Source: an uncultured Spirochaetia bacterium (lineage in GTDB: Bacteria > Spirochaetota > CALGPD01). From it: 42,869 nt of DNA. The translations under genes were made by a program, and so were the position numbers. Position 1 is the first letter of the stretch, and every line of letters begins with the position of its first letter. Under the pieces are notes generated by a model, which was not told where the DNA came from, searched no databases, and saw only the letters and a list, made by a program, of their open reading frames with translations. Below, one piece after another: positions 19,666 to 27,843 of this stretch. The stretch is from the NCBI GenBank assembly GCA_937960625.1, contig CALGPD010000272.1:1-42869 (forward strand), written 5' to 3'.

Positions 19666-20478
19666 CTATCCTTTAACTTTTCTATATATAATAGCGTCTT
19701 CAATTTTTGAAAATTTAAAATCAGTATCCATTCCATAGAGGCTTTCGGAATGGCCTAAGAATAAATATCCATCTTTGTGTAGAGCTTTTGAAAACTTACC
19801 AACAACTTCTTCCTGAGCTTTTTTATCAAAATATATAATTACATTTCTGCAAAGAATTATATCAAAATCTCTTTCACCGTTGTCATATTTAAGATTATGA
19901 TAATCGAATCTTATTAATTTTCTAAAGAAATCTTTAATCTTATAGCCTTTGTCTATTTTATCAAAATATTTTGCAAGATAAGCTTCAGGAATGGCATCAC
20001 ATCTTTCTTTAGTGTAATATCCTTCTTTAGCAACGAGCAGAGATTTTAAACTAATATCCGATGCAATAATATTAATATTCCATGTGTCGGGGTCAGGCAG
20101 ATTTTCATATAAATATATTAAAATAGAATACGGCTCTTCCCCTGTTGAACATCCAGCGCTCCATATTTTTATATGCCGGTCCAGTTTTCTTTTAACAATT
20201 TCAGGTATTATACCGTGTTTAAGAGCTTTAAAATGTGCATCATTTCTAAAAAATTTAGTCAAGTTTGTAGTAACACTATCTAGCAAAATTTTTAATTCTT
20301 CATGGTCTGCTGATACTATTTTATAATACTCTTCAGGAATTTCTATTTGTTTTTTTCTGCATCTTTCTTTAATCCGGGATTCCAATATAGGCCTGTTGAT
20401 ATCTGAAAACGAAATACCGCTTTCTTTATAGATTAAATCCTTAATTAATGTGAATTCTTGGTCAGTTAAAAATCGCAA
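19666..20478 (-). CDS. cheR: Chemotaxis protein methyltransferase
   Basis: CheR N-terminal helical domain (TKFFRNDAHF) and SAM-binding fold (IWSAGCSTGEEPYS, CRNVIIYFD). The start is TTG with no clear SD. Confidence 0.9.
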   Translation of the reverse strand: MRFLTDQEFTLIKDLIYKESGISFSDINRPILESRIKERCRKKQIEIPEEYYKIVSADHEELKILLDSVTTNLTKFFRNDAHFKALKHGIIPEIVKRKLDRHIKIWSAGCSTGEEPYSILIYLYENLPDPDTWNINIIASDISLKSLLVAKEGYYTKERCDAIPEAYLAKYFDKIDKGYKIKDFFRKLIRFDYHNLKYDNGERDFDIILCRNVIIYFDKKAQEEVVGKFSKALHKDGYLFLGHSESLYGMDTDFKFSKIEDAIIYRKVKG

Positions 20479-20777
20479 AATTTTTACCCATTTATTGTAT
20501 TTTATTTTATATTATCGGCTTTAATAATCATTAAAAATAAAAAAACAAAATAATGATTATGAAAAAATATTAACATTATTGTACAATAAAATTCAACAAT
20601 TTATTTTTAAAATTATTTCACATATTATCGAAATAATCATTAATTAATTTTTATCATAATAAAATTTATTCGGAATATATTTTAAAGAATGGCCAATAAA
20701 TTATAACTGTTATTTATATTATTTATTTACGGAAAAATTTTATTTAGCAAAGAGGCTTATAAGTGAACGCCAAGCAT

Positions 20778-20812
20778 AAAAAAAACCACATCCAAAATAG
20801 AATGTGGTTTAT
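20778..20812 (-). terminator. Rho-independent terminator of the 20838-21947 gene
   Basis: The stem AACCACAT(20784-20791)/ATGTGGTT(20802-20809) is followed by a run of 8 T on the minus strand. Confidence 0.8.
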
Positions 20813-20837
20813 AAAATTTATTTAAGTTTTATTGTTT

Positions 20838-21947
20838 TTAATTTCCCGTTCCGCTGTTTCCAGAATTATCTTCTGGTTTTAAACCACTTGTTCCTGATTT
20901 GTTTTCGTTTTCAGTTTCAGCAGGTGGGGTTCCCTCACCTTTTTTAATTAATATTTCACTGATTGTTGTATCCGGGTCTTTTCCCTTATATACATCTTCA
21001 ATGGTTAATTTTGCAAAAGAGCCTTCAAATGTACCTAAATATTGAAAAGACAAATTGTTGTCTTTAAGTTCAACTGTTTTAGTCTGGGTATCTGTTTCAA
21101 TTTTTATTTTTCTAACTCTTGAATTTATTTTATAAAGTTTTTTGTTTGCGGCATAGCCATTGATAATTGATAAATTAAACTTCTGCATTCCGCTTTTAAA
21201 TTCAATTTTAATCCATTCTCCTCTTCCTTGTCCCTTTACTCCTTCAATCCATGCTGTGGATTTTTTCCCATCAAAAGCCATATCTGCAGTATGCCTTCTT
21301 TCCGAACCAATAGCTCCAATATAGGTTGATGAAGAAGTTAAACTAATTTTACCTAAATCTTCAATATATTTTACCATTTCAATTTTTACATTAGCTGTGC
21401 TTTCAGGTGAAAGATGGGCATTTTGCATCCACATATTCTTATCTCTTAAGCCTGATTCGGAAACAAGTATATTCACTTTTGACCAATTACGCTTTTCTTC
21501 AATAATAAAAACCTTAATACCGCCCTTAATATCATATTGTTTTGAATTAGTGTCTGGGAGTGAATAGTAATATGCTTCTTTTTTGTTTACAACAGCGATT
21601 TTTAATTTCCTTGCATACACATGTGATCTTTTGTATCCGCCTTTAAACTCATATTTACTTCTTACCCAATAAACATCATCCTCGCCAGGAAGTTTGCACT
21701 TTGTAAAATAGTGCTTTACTCCGTCTTTTTCAAGTACTCGTGTTTCATCCGATAATTCAATTTTTTGTCCCCGTTTAACAGTACCTTTATAATTTCCCGC
21801 GCTCTTTAAACTCGGTTGTTTATAATAATAGGTTTTTAAAGAAACAAATCCGTTTTTAAATTTGTCTTCTTTGGGTTCAGGGCCTTTTTTTCCCTTACCA
21901 CAAGAAAATAGAGATAAAATTAATAAAAATACTACCATTTTTTTCAT
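20838..21947 (-). CDS. Lipoprotein with a C-terminal discoidin-like (F5/8 type C-like) domain and a G/S/N-rich tail
   Basis: MKKMVVFLLILSLFSC lipobox. AFDGKKSTAWIEG...GEWIKIEF resembles discoidin-type glycan-binding domains. The domain call is from memory only. Confidence 0.6.
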   Translation of the reverse strand: MKKMVVFLLILSLFSCGKGKKGPEPKEDKFKNGFVSLKTYYYKQPSLKSAGNYKGTVKRGQKIELSDETRVLEKDGVKHYFTKCKLPGEDDVYWVRSKYEFKGGYKRSHVYARKLKIAVVNKKEAYYYSLPDTNSKQYDIKGGIKVFIIEEKRNWSKVNILVSESGLRDKNMWMQNAHLSPESTANVKIEMVKYIEDLGKISLTSSSTYIGAIGSERRHTADMAFDGKKSTAWIEGVKGQGRGEWIKIEFKSGMQKFNLSIINGYAANKKLYKINSRVRKIKIETDTQTKTVELKDNNLSFQYLGTFEGSFAKLTIEDVYKGKDPDTTISEILIKKGEGTPPAETENENKSGTSGLKPEDNSGNSGTGN

Positions 21948-22027
21948 TACTTACTCCTGAATGTTGTTTTTGACTTTAGTAAAATGTATTTAAATATCTG
22001 TTTATATTCAAATATGATAATAAATTA

Positions 22028-22870
22028 CTAAATATTTTTTATAAAAATTGCCTCATAATCATACTCTCGGTTTTTATTAATTGTATAAAAACCGGGATTT
22101 ATATCATGAACAAAATACATCCACGCATCTTCATTAATACACCGTTCTAAAAGGTTGATTTTATTTTCTTCGCTTTTTAAAGGGTAATAATCATAAGCCG
22201 TATTCCACAAAGGATGCACCATCTCCTTTTGGCCGATTAAATCTCCTGGATAATATACATTGCGGGAACCGGTTTCAACCTTGATAATATTCATTGCATT
22301 AACATGTCCGTCAACCGGATAAACAGTTATAAAATCTGTGATGCTTTTCATTCCGTTAACTAATTCCAATTGGCCGGTTTCATAGAGAGGCTCATAGTTT
22401 TCTATTAAATACGTTGCCCTTGTTCTTGATGTAGGGCTTATTGCATCATCGTATTCGCGTTCCTGAATATAATAATTCGCGTTTGGCAGTGACGCTTTTA
22501 TCTTTCCATTGTCTAAAATTGTGCAGCCTCCGGAATGGTCAACGTGTAAATGTGTTAATATACAATGTGTAATATCAGAGGGATAAAAACCGTGTTCTCC
22601 CAGGGCATCGGCAATTGAAATACTTTGTTCAACTCCATAAGCCCTTAAAGTTTTATCGCTAAGCTTATGGCCGAAGCCAAGATCAAATACAGCCTTAACG
22701 TTATCCTTTATAACGAGCAATGAATTTATGGACAACATGATTCTGTTTTCGCTGTCAGTTTCAACTTTTCTGCTCCATATTTTTTTTGGAATTATTCCGA
22801 AAACAGGGCCTGCGTCAACCTTATACGTTCCAAGAAATAAAGGATAAAACTCAACTCCGCCAATTTCCAT
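22028..22870 (-). CDS. MBL-fold metallo-hydrolase
   Basis: HLHVDHSGG (the HxHxDH motif) plus downstream His/Asp ligands. Confidence 0.8.
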   Translation of the reverse strand: MEIGGVEFYPLFLGTYKVDAGPVFGIIPKKIWSRKVETDSENRIMLSINSLLVIKDNVKAVFDLGFGHKLSDKTLRAYGVEQSISIADALGEHGFYPSDITHCILTHLHVDHSGGCTILDNGKIKASLPNANYYIQEREYDDAISPTSRTRATYLIENYEPLYETGQLELVNGMKSITDFITVYPVDGHVNAMNIIKVETGSRNVYYPGDLIGQKEMVHPLWNTAYDYYPLKSEENKINLLERCINEDAWMYFVHDINPGFYTINKNREYDYEAIFIKNI

Positions 22871-22937
22871 AAATTATGCCTTTCGAAAGTGAAGTAAAAA
22901 TAGTATATTTAATAATAGTACTTTTTGGATTTTTATC

Positions 22938-23579
22938 ATGAAAAAAACTATACTATTATGCTTTCTTTTTATTCTTCCAATTAATTTTGCAAATACTTTG
23001 AATATCAACAATGTACATAAAATCCCGCAATCCCAATTACAAAACCCGGGAATACAAAACGTCCCTCCAGTGAAAATTGAAGGTTTTGTTCTGGGTATGT
23101 TGAAAAAAGACTTTAATAAATTACTATACTTTAAATACAAAAAGGATAAAGTAAATATTATTGAATTACAGAAAAAAAATCCAAATATACAAGTATATAA
23201 GGTAAAAACCGGGACAACATTGAATTTCGCGTTTTACATATACGGCAATATGCTTGCTAAAATATATATCATAATTTTACGGCCTTACGGCTCTATGAAT
23301 ACACTGCTTCAAAAACACATGAACAGGTACGGCAGGGTTTCTCATGTATGGCAGGGAAAAACTGGTAGGTTTTATGCTCAAGGGTTTTACTGGAAAAAAT
23401 ATTTCTGGCAATCCAATTATAATTATAAACCCGGATTTGATACGAAATGGCTTGATATACCCGTTGTAATTACTCTTGATTTTTCTATGAGATACCGGTT
23501 TGTGCGACGGGCTGTTTACGGCTATTGTTATTCAGGAAAATTTCTAAATCAATATTTTGGAACCTATATTGAACATTAA
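22938..23579 (+). CDS. Hypothetical exported protein, rich in aromatic residues
   Basis: MKKTILLCFLFILPINFA signal peptide. No family was recognised. Confidence 0.5.
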   Translation: MKKTILLCFLFILPINFANTLNINNVHKIPQSQLQNPGIQNVPPVKIEGFVLGMLKKDFNKLLYFKYKKDKVNIIELQKKNPNIQVYKVKTGTTLNFAFYIYGNMLAKIYIIILRPYGSMNTLLQKHMNRYGRVSHVWQGKTGRFYAQGFYWKKYFWQSNYNYKPGFDTKWLDIPVVITLDFSMRYRFVRRAVYGYCYSGKFLNQYFGTYIEH

Positions 23580-24765
23580 ATCAAATTTCCGTCAAGCACA
23601 ACGATTTGTTTATTCTCTAATTTTAATTTTTTTGTTCACAAAATATAATGTTTATTCGGAAAAATCTATTGTATACACTAAAAAAACTAACGTAAAAGTA
23701 AATCATAAAGCGATGTATGCAATAAAATATTTAATTGAGAAGAATAATTTTACGGCATTCAGGCATTTCATGAAAAAAGGCATGTATATCAACATAGTTG
23801 ATTATAAGCGCATGACACCGTTAATGTATGCTTGCATATATTCCCGACTCAGAATGATAAAATTTTTGTTAAAATACGGCGCGATTGTTAATCTACAGGA
23901 CAAATATTCAAAAACAGCTTTATTATATGCATGTTCAGGTATAAATCAGGCATTAATCAAGCTCCTTGTTGCTAGGGGAGCCGACGTCAATCACAACGAT
24001 ATCCGGCATAATACCGCATTGATATACGCAGTTAATAACGGTTTATACGCCTCGGTGAAATTCCTCGTTATGCACCGGGCACGTATTAACCATAAAAACA
24101 GGGCAGGGTATAGTGCTTTGATGATTGCGGCAAAAAAAGGATTCTACAACATACTGAAATATTTAATTCAAAGGGGCGCTGATAAAAACGCAAAAAACAA
24201 AAAGAGACAAACCGCTTTAATACTGTCGGTTATACACGGCAATAATGGAATTTCAAGACTGCTTGTAAACTTTAATGCCAACGTGAATATTTACGATGCG
24301 CGTAAGAACACGGCTTTGACTTATGCGTGCATTAATGGTGATGTAAATACTGTGCTCTTACTCATCCGGTCCGGAGCTGAAATTAACACGCAGAACAATA
24401 CAGGTAAAACACCGTTGATTTATGCAGGCATGGCGGGGCATATTAACGTTGTCAGGTATTTGATTCGTAATAGATGCAACGTGAATATTAAAGACCGTAG
24501 GGGAAATACAGCACTTATTTACAGCTTAAAAAACAGCAAACACGGTGTTAGTAAGTTTTTAATCAAATCCGGAGCTAATATAAATACGCAGAATTTATAT
24601 AAACGCAGCGCGTTATACTATGCGGTTATTGCCGGGGAGGTTGAGATCGTAAAATTGCTCATTAAAAAGGGGATTGATTTATCTAAATTCGGTAAAAAGT
24701 GTTACTATGCTGCTAAAAAATATTTTCGTAATGAAATTGCTGAGATTTTAAAGAATAATATGTAG
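23557..24765 (+). CDS. Ankyrin-repeat protein (about 9-10 repeats) with a hydrophobic N-terminal segment
   Basis: Repeated TPLMYA / TALLYA / TALIYA ... GADVN / GANIN ankyrin signatures. The TTG start at 23557 is uncertain and overlaps the upstream gene by 23 nt. Confidence 0.8.
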   Translation: MEPILNIKSNFRQAQRFVYSLILIFLFTKYNVYSEKSIVYTKKTNVKVNHKAMYAIKYLIEKNNFTAFRHFMKKGMYINIVDYKRMTPLMYACIYSRLRMIKFLLKYGAIVNLQDKYSKTALLYACSGINQALIKLLVARGADVNHNDIRHNTALIYAVNNGLYASVKFLVMHRARINHKNRAGYSALMIAAKKGFYNILKYLIQRGADKNAKNKKRQTALILSVIHGNNGISRLLVNFNANVNIYDARKNTALTYACINGDVNTVLLLIRSGAEINTQNNTGKTPLIYAGMAGHINVVRYLIRNRCNVNIKDRRGNTALIYSLKNSKHGVSKFLIKSGANINTQNLYKRSALYYAVIAGEVEIVKLLIKKGIDLSKFGKKCYYAAKKYFRNEIAEILKNNM

Positions 24766-24983
24766 GGTTTGATTATAGGTTTTGATATGGGTTAAGGTGA
24801 GATAAACTCTTTGGGTTTAGTAATTACGGTTTCCCGCCAAGCAATTTCGTTCGGCTGCTTAATAACGATAATTCTTTGCCATAGATTCCTGGTAGAGGCA
24901 TTGACTTTTGGCTTTAGCGAAGCACGCCCACGGGCTTAATCATTGGCAACGAGAGAACGATGAATTTAGCAGAGGCATCTAAG

Positions 24984-25256
24984 AACGTGAATTTCGATTT
25001 AAAAAAATTACTACAATTTTTTAAAGTTTTATGTCACTGCGAGGAACGTAAGTGACGAAGCAGTCTCATTAAAAAAACCTTATGGGATTGCTTCGCTGCC
25101 GCTCGCAAAGACTAGACACTACGAGATAAATGCTAAAGCAAGCTTGCGTTTGCGTCAAAACCCATGTCACTTGCGAGGAACGAAAGTGACGAAGCAATTT
25201 TTTTGATTTAGTAATTCGAAAGAAATAAATTTATAATTTAAATCTAATTTCACGTT
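24984..25256 (+). mobile_element. MITE-like element, full copy B (273 bp)
   Basis: Termini AACGTGAATTTCGATTTAAA ... TTTAAATCTAATTTCACGTT. Two internal direct modules GTCACTGCGAGGAACGTAAGTGACGAAGCA / GTCACTTGCGAGGAACGAAAGTGACGAAGCA. No ORF. Confidence 0.8.
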
Positions 25257-25503
25257 AAAATGTGGGGGGAAAACATAAATTTAATTTCCCTGATTAAATA
25301 TTTACGTTTTTCTTAATGTTATGGTTTGGATTTCAATTTGATGCCTCAACATGCCCCGTCGGCCTCTGCGTTAAAAGAATCATGCTTTTACTTGAAGTAA
25401 AATTTCTTACTTTAAACCATTCACATGGAGCCGGCACTGCATTAAGCTGAATTTATCTGTGGATAAAAAATCCTAGCTTATTGATATTCATCAGTTCTTT
25501 TGT

Positions 25504-25519
25504 TGTTTCACGTGAAACT
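25504..25519. promoter_or_regulatory. parS (ParB/Spo0J-binding centromere-like site), 15/16 match
   Basis: TGTTTCACGTGAAACT compared with the canonical palindrome TGTTTCACGTGAAACA. Confidence 0.8.
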
Positions 25520-25536
25520 ATTATAAACTAAACTAG

Positions 25537-25552
25537 TGTTTCACGTGAAACA
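25537..25552. promoter_or_regulatory. parS (ParB/Spo0J-binding centromere-like site), perfect 16-bp palindrome
   Basis: TGTTTCACGTGAAACA, 33 bp centre-to-centre from the first site. Confidence 0.85.
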
Positions 25553-25806
25553 TAAGGGAGAATACTGCCTTGCGCTTTAGTTTGAGTTTCATTCCTCAAA
25601 GCGCTCTAAAACGGGTAAAATTTTATAACGGCTCTGTGAGACTCTTTTTTGCCCATGGCAATGAAACAATGCCACCCCTTCTCCAAAAAAGCCGTACAGG
25701 CATTATATGAGTCTTAGGGTATTATGCTATGTTTGGCGGTATAGAGTAAAGGAAAATCCGTGGTTAACCGATTTTCTGCGTTTTTGTTTTGTCCCGCAAA
25801 TTTACT

Positions 25807-25836
25807 TTGACTATTTGGTTCAAAGCAAAGTATAAT
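25807..25836 (+). promoter_or_regulatory. Promoter TTGACT-18-TATAAT, 6 nt upstream of the ATG at 25843 (leaderless mRNA candidate)
   Basis: TTGACT at 25807-25812 and TATAAT at 25831-25836, then TTAAGC followed by the ATG. Confidence 0.45.
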
Positions 25837-25842
25837 TTAAGC

Positions 25843-26094
25843 ATGGACATGGAAAACGTTATTGACATTTTATCCGGCTATGCGGCTGGGGCGAATAGGG
25901 AAAACATCGAGAGTGTTATGCAAAACATTCAATCGCTTTTGGACAGAATTCCGGAGAAAGATTTTTTTCCCGTTGCTGAAACAATCAATGAAATTGTTAA
26001 GCCCTTGAACGAGATTTATCTTGAAAAGATGAAAGAAACGGGCAGGGTTAGGACGCTTTACATCGAGGATTTGTTCGGCCCTTGTATGAATTAA
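25843..26094 (+). CDS. Hypothetical small helical protein (83 aa)
   Basis: I chose the MDMENV start because the promoter geometry fits it. The ORF-track TTG start at 25789 would lie upstream of that promoter. Confidence 0.45.
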   Translation: MDMENVIDILSGYAAGANRENIESVMQNIQSLLDRIPEKDFFPVAETINEIVKPLNEIYLEKMKETGRVRTLYIEDLFGPCMN

Positions 26095-26201
26095 AACGCG
26101 TTGTTTTTTTTTTCAAAAAATCATCCTGCTTATTTTAAATAGTTTAAATTTATTATACGTTTTGCCGATTACTTTTTTACACACCGCCTAAGGACGTTCT
26201 T

Positions 26202-27221
26202 ATGAAAAAAATCATTGTCTTATTTTTGCTTATAACGTGTTCCGCCTATTCAAGGTTTATTCCGTGGAAAAGCCCAAAAATAAAAGTTCCAGGCCATTTT
26301 CCCTATGTTAAAGACGTTTATGCCTGGTTGAATAGTGTAAAAAGGCAATATAGCAAATTCGTTGATATTGAAAGTTATGGGTACAGCTATCGGGGTAAAA
26401 ACCGCGGAGTTAAAAACCTTAAAGCAATTATAATCCGGGATAAACGGTTTAAGCAAAAACGCGTTGCTTTTTTTAATGGCGGCATTCACGCAAGGGAATT
26501 TATGAGTGTTTTAGTGCCCATTTTGTGGGTAAACGAAACGCTTTATAAAATTAAAAACGGCCATGCTTTTTGGTCTGAATACATTAAACGTGTTAAACTC
26601 GTTGTAATTCCCTTGATCAACCCGGACGGTTACGCCATGGCAAGGTCAGGGTGGAACTGGAGAAAAAACGCAAGACCGGTTAAATACCGTTCTCCTATGA
26701 AATGCCCCAACAGTTACGGGGTTGATTTAAACCGCAATTTCGATGCTTTTTTTTATCCGGTTAAATTTTCCTGGCATTATACATGGGGCGGGGCAAAACC
26801 TTTTTCTGAGCCTGAAACCAGATATTTGCGTGATTATTTAATAAATAAAAATATCAGAGTTTCCCTGTCTCTGCATTCCTACGGCAGATACCTTGCTTTT
26901 CCATGGTGGGGTAGAAAAAGGCGTAGGATTAGGCATTACCGTCTTCACCGCCGGATTGCAAAACGCGCTGTGCGCTATATGAGGGGCTATATATTCCGTC
27001 AGGGCTGCCCATATGCTGTTAGAGGGAATTATGGTGACTGGATATATAAAATTCACAAATGTATAACATATACGATTGAGATAGGGGATAAATTTAACCC
27101 GGATTATAAAACGAGTATCAAGTGGTATAATGAAATCCGCAGAGGCATTGATGTCATTCTTTCCTATGGCACTAAGTCAAGGAGTTTACGTAAAAAATTG
27201 TTCGCACCTGTAGCCGAGTAG
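26202..27221 (+). CDS. Exported M14-family zinc carboxypeptidase
   Basis: Signal peptide; the GGIHAREF zinc motif (HxxE), NPDGY, GVDLNRNF, and LSLHSYG carrying the third zinc ligand. Confidence 0.8.
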   Translation: MKKIIVLFLLITCSAYSRFIPWKSPKIKVPGHFPYVKDVYAWLNSVKRQYSKFVDIESYGYSYRGKNRGVKNLKAIIIRDKRFKQKRVAFFNGGIHAREFMSVLVPILWVNETLYKIKNGHAFWSEYIKRVKLVVIPLINPDGYAMARSGWNWRKNARPVKYRSPMKCPNSYGVDLNRNFDAFFYPVKFSWHYTWGGAKPFSEPETRYLRDYLINKNIRVSLSLHSYGRYLAFPWWGRKRRRIRHYRLHRRIAKRAVRYMRGYIFRQGCPYAVRGNYGDWIYKIHKCITYTIEIGDKFNPDYKTSIKWYNEIRRGIDVILSYGTKSRSLRKKLFAPVAE

Positions 27222-27293
27222 TTTTAATTAATAACGCGGAATTAAATTTATAGATTTCAGTCAAATAGGGTTGGCATTTTTTTTATATTTATT

Positions 27294-27569
27294 AACGTGA
27301 ATTTCGATTTAAAAAAATTACCGCAATTTTTAAAGTTTTTCGTCACTGCGATGAACGTACGTGACGATGCTGTCTCGTTGCAAATAAACCTGATGGGATT
27401 GCTTGGCTAATGCTCGCAGGAGACTTTGCCCAAAGATATTGTTTCCTCACATGGTATAAGCCAACGTCAACTAGGAGGAGCGAATGCGACGAAACAATCT
27501 CTTTGATTTACTAAAAAATCATATATTTCGAAAAAAATAAATTTTATATTCTAAATCGAAATTCAAGTT
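27294..27569 (+). mobile_element. MITE-like element, full copy C (276 bp)
   Basis: AACGTGAATTTCGATTTAAAAAAATTACCGC ... CTAAATCGAAATTCAAGTT. The interior is nearly collinear with copy D. Confidence 0.8.
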
Positions 27570-27599
27570 AATAATAAATTAGTTTCAAAATTTAACATG

Positions 27600-27618
27600 G
27601 ATAAATCTAATTTCACGT
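27600..27618 (+). repeat. Solo right-end TIR remnant of the MITE-like family
   Basis: GATAAATCTAATTTCACGT matches the right end of copy B and lies 30 nt beyond copy C. Confidence 0.5.
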
Positions 27619-27843
27619 CCTTATTTGTTAAATTGAAAATTTTACTTGAAAAGTGATTTCTAGCTTTTCGCCAATTTATTCTGCGTTCTTGTTGTATTCG
27701 TCTTGTGGTTTGAATTTTAACGAACTTGCCTTTAAAAACAAATTTAGTTTTAGAATCCGCTTTTAATGCGTTCTGTGAGGCTGATAGCTTATCCGTGAGG
27801 GATTTTACAACGATAATAAGAAAAACATAAGGCAAAAGGCCTG

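Noticed and set aside
22874-23140. An 88-aa minus-strand ORF overlapping the 5' end of the 22938-23579 gene.
   Set aside because: It is antisense to a gene with a clear signal peptide, has no SD and gives a hydrophobic low-complexity product. It is a shadow ORF.
25570-25710. A 46-codon TTG ORF preceded by AAGGGAG just after the second parS site.
   Set aside because: The SD-like sequence is decent. However, the start is TTG, the product (MRFSLSFIPQSALKRVKFYNGSVRLFFAHGNETMPPLLQKSRTGII) has no recognisable feature, and no promoter is evident. The evidence is insufficient to call a gene.
27563-27835. A 90-aa minus-strand ORF directly downstream of the glycosyltransferase.
   Set aside because: It has a TTG start without an SD. 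Its 3' third runs through the solo TIR remnant and the right end of MITE-like copy C, and the sequence is basic and low-complexity. It is more likely non-coding repeat-flank sequence, though a small gene cannot be fully excluded.
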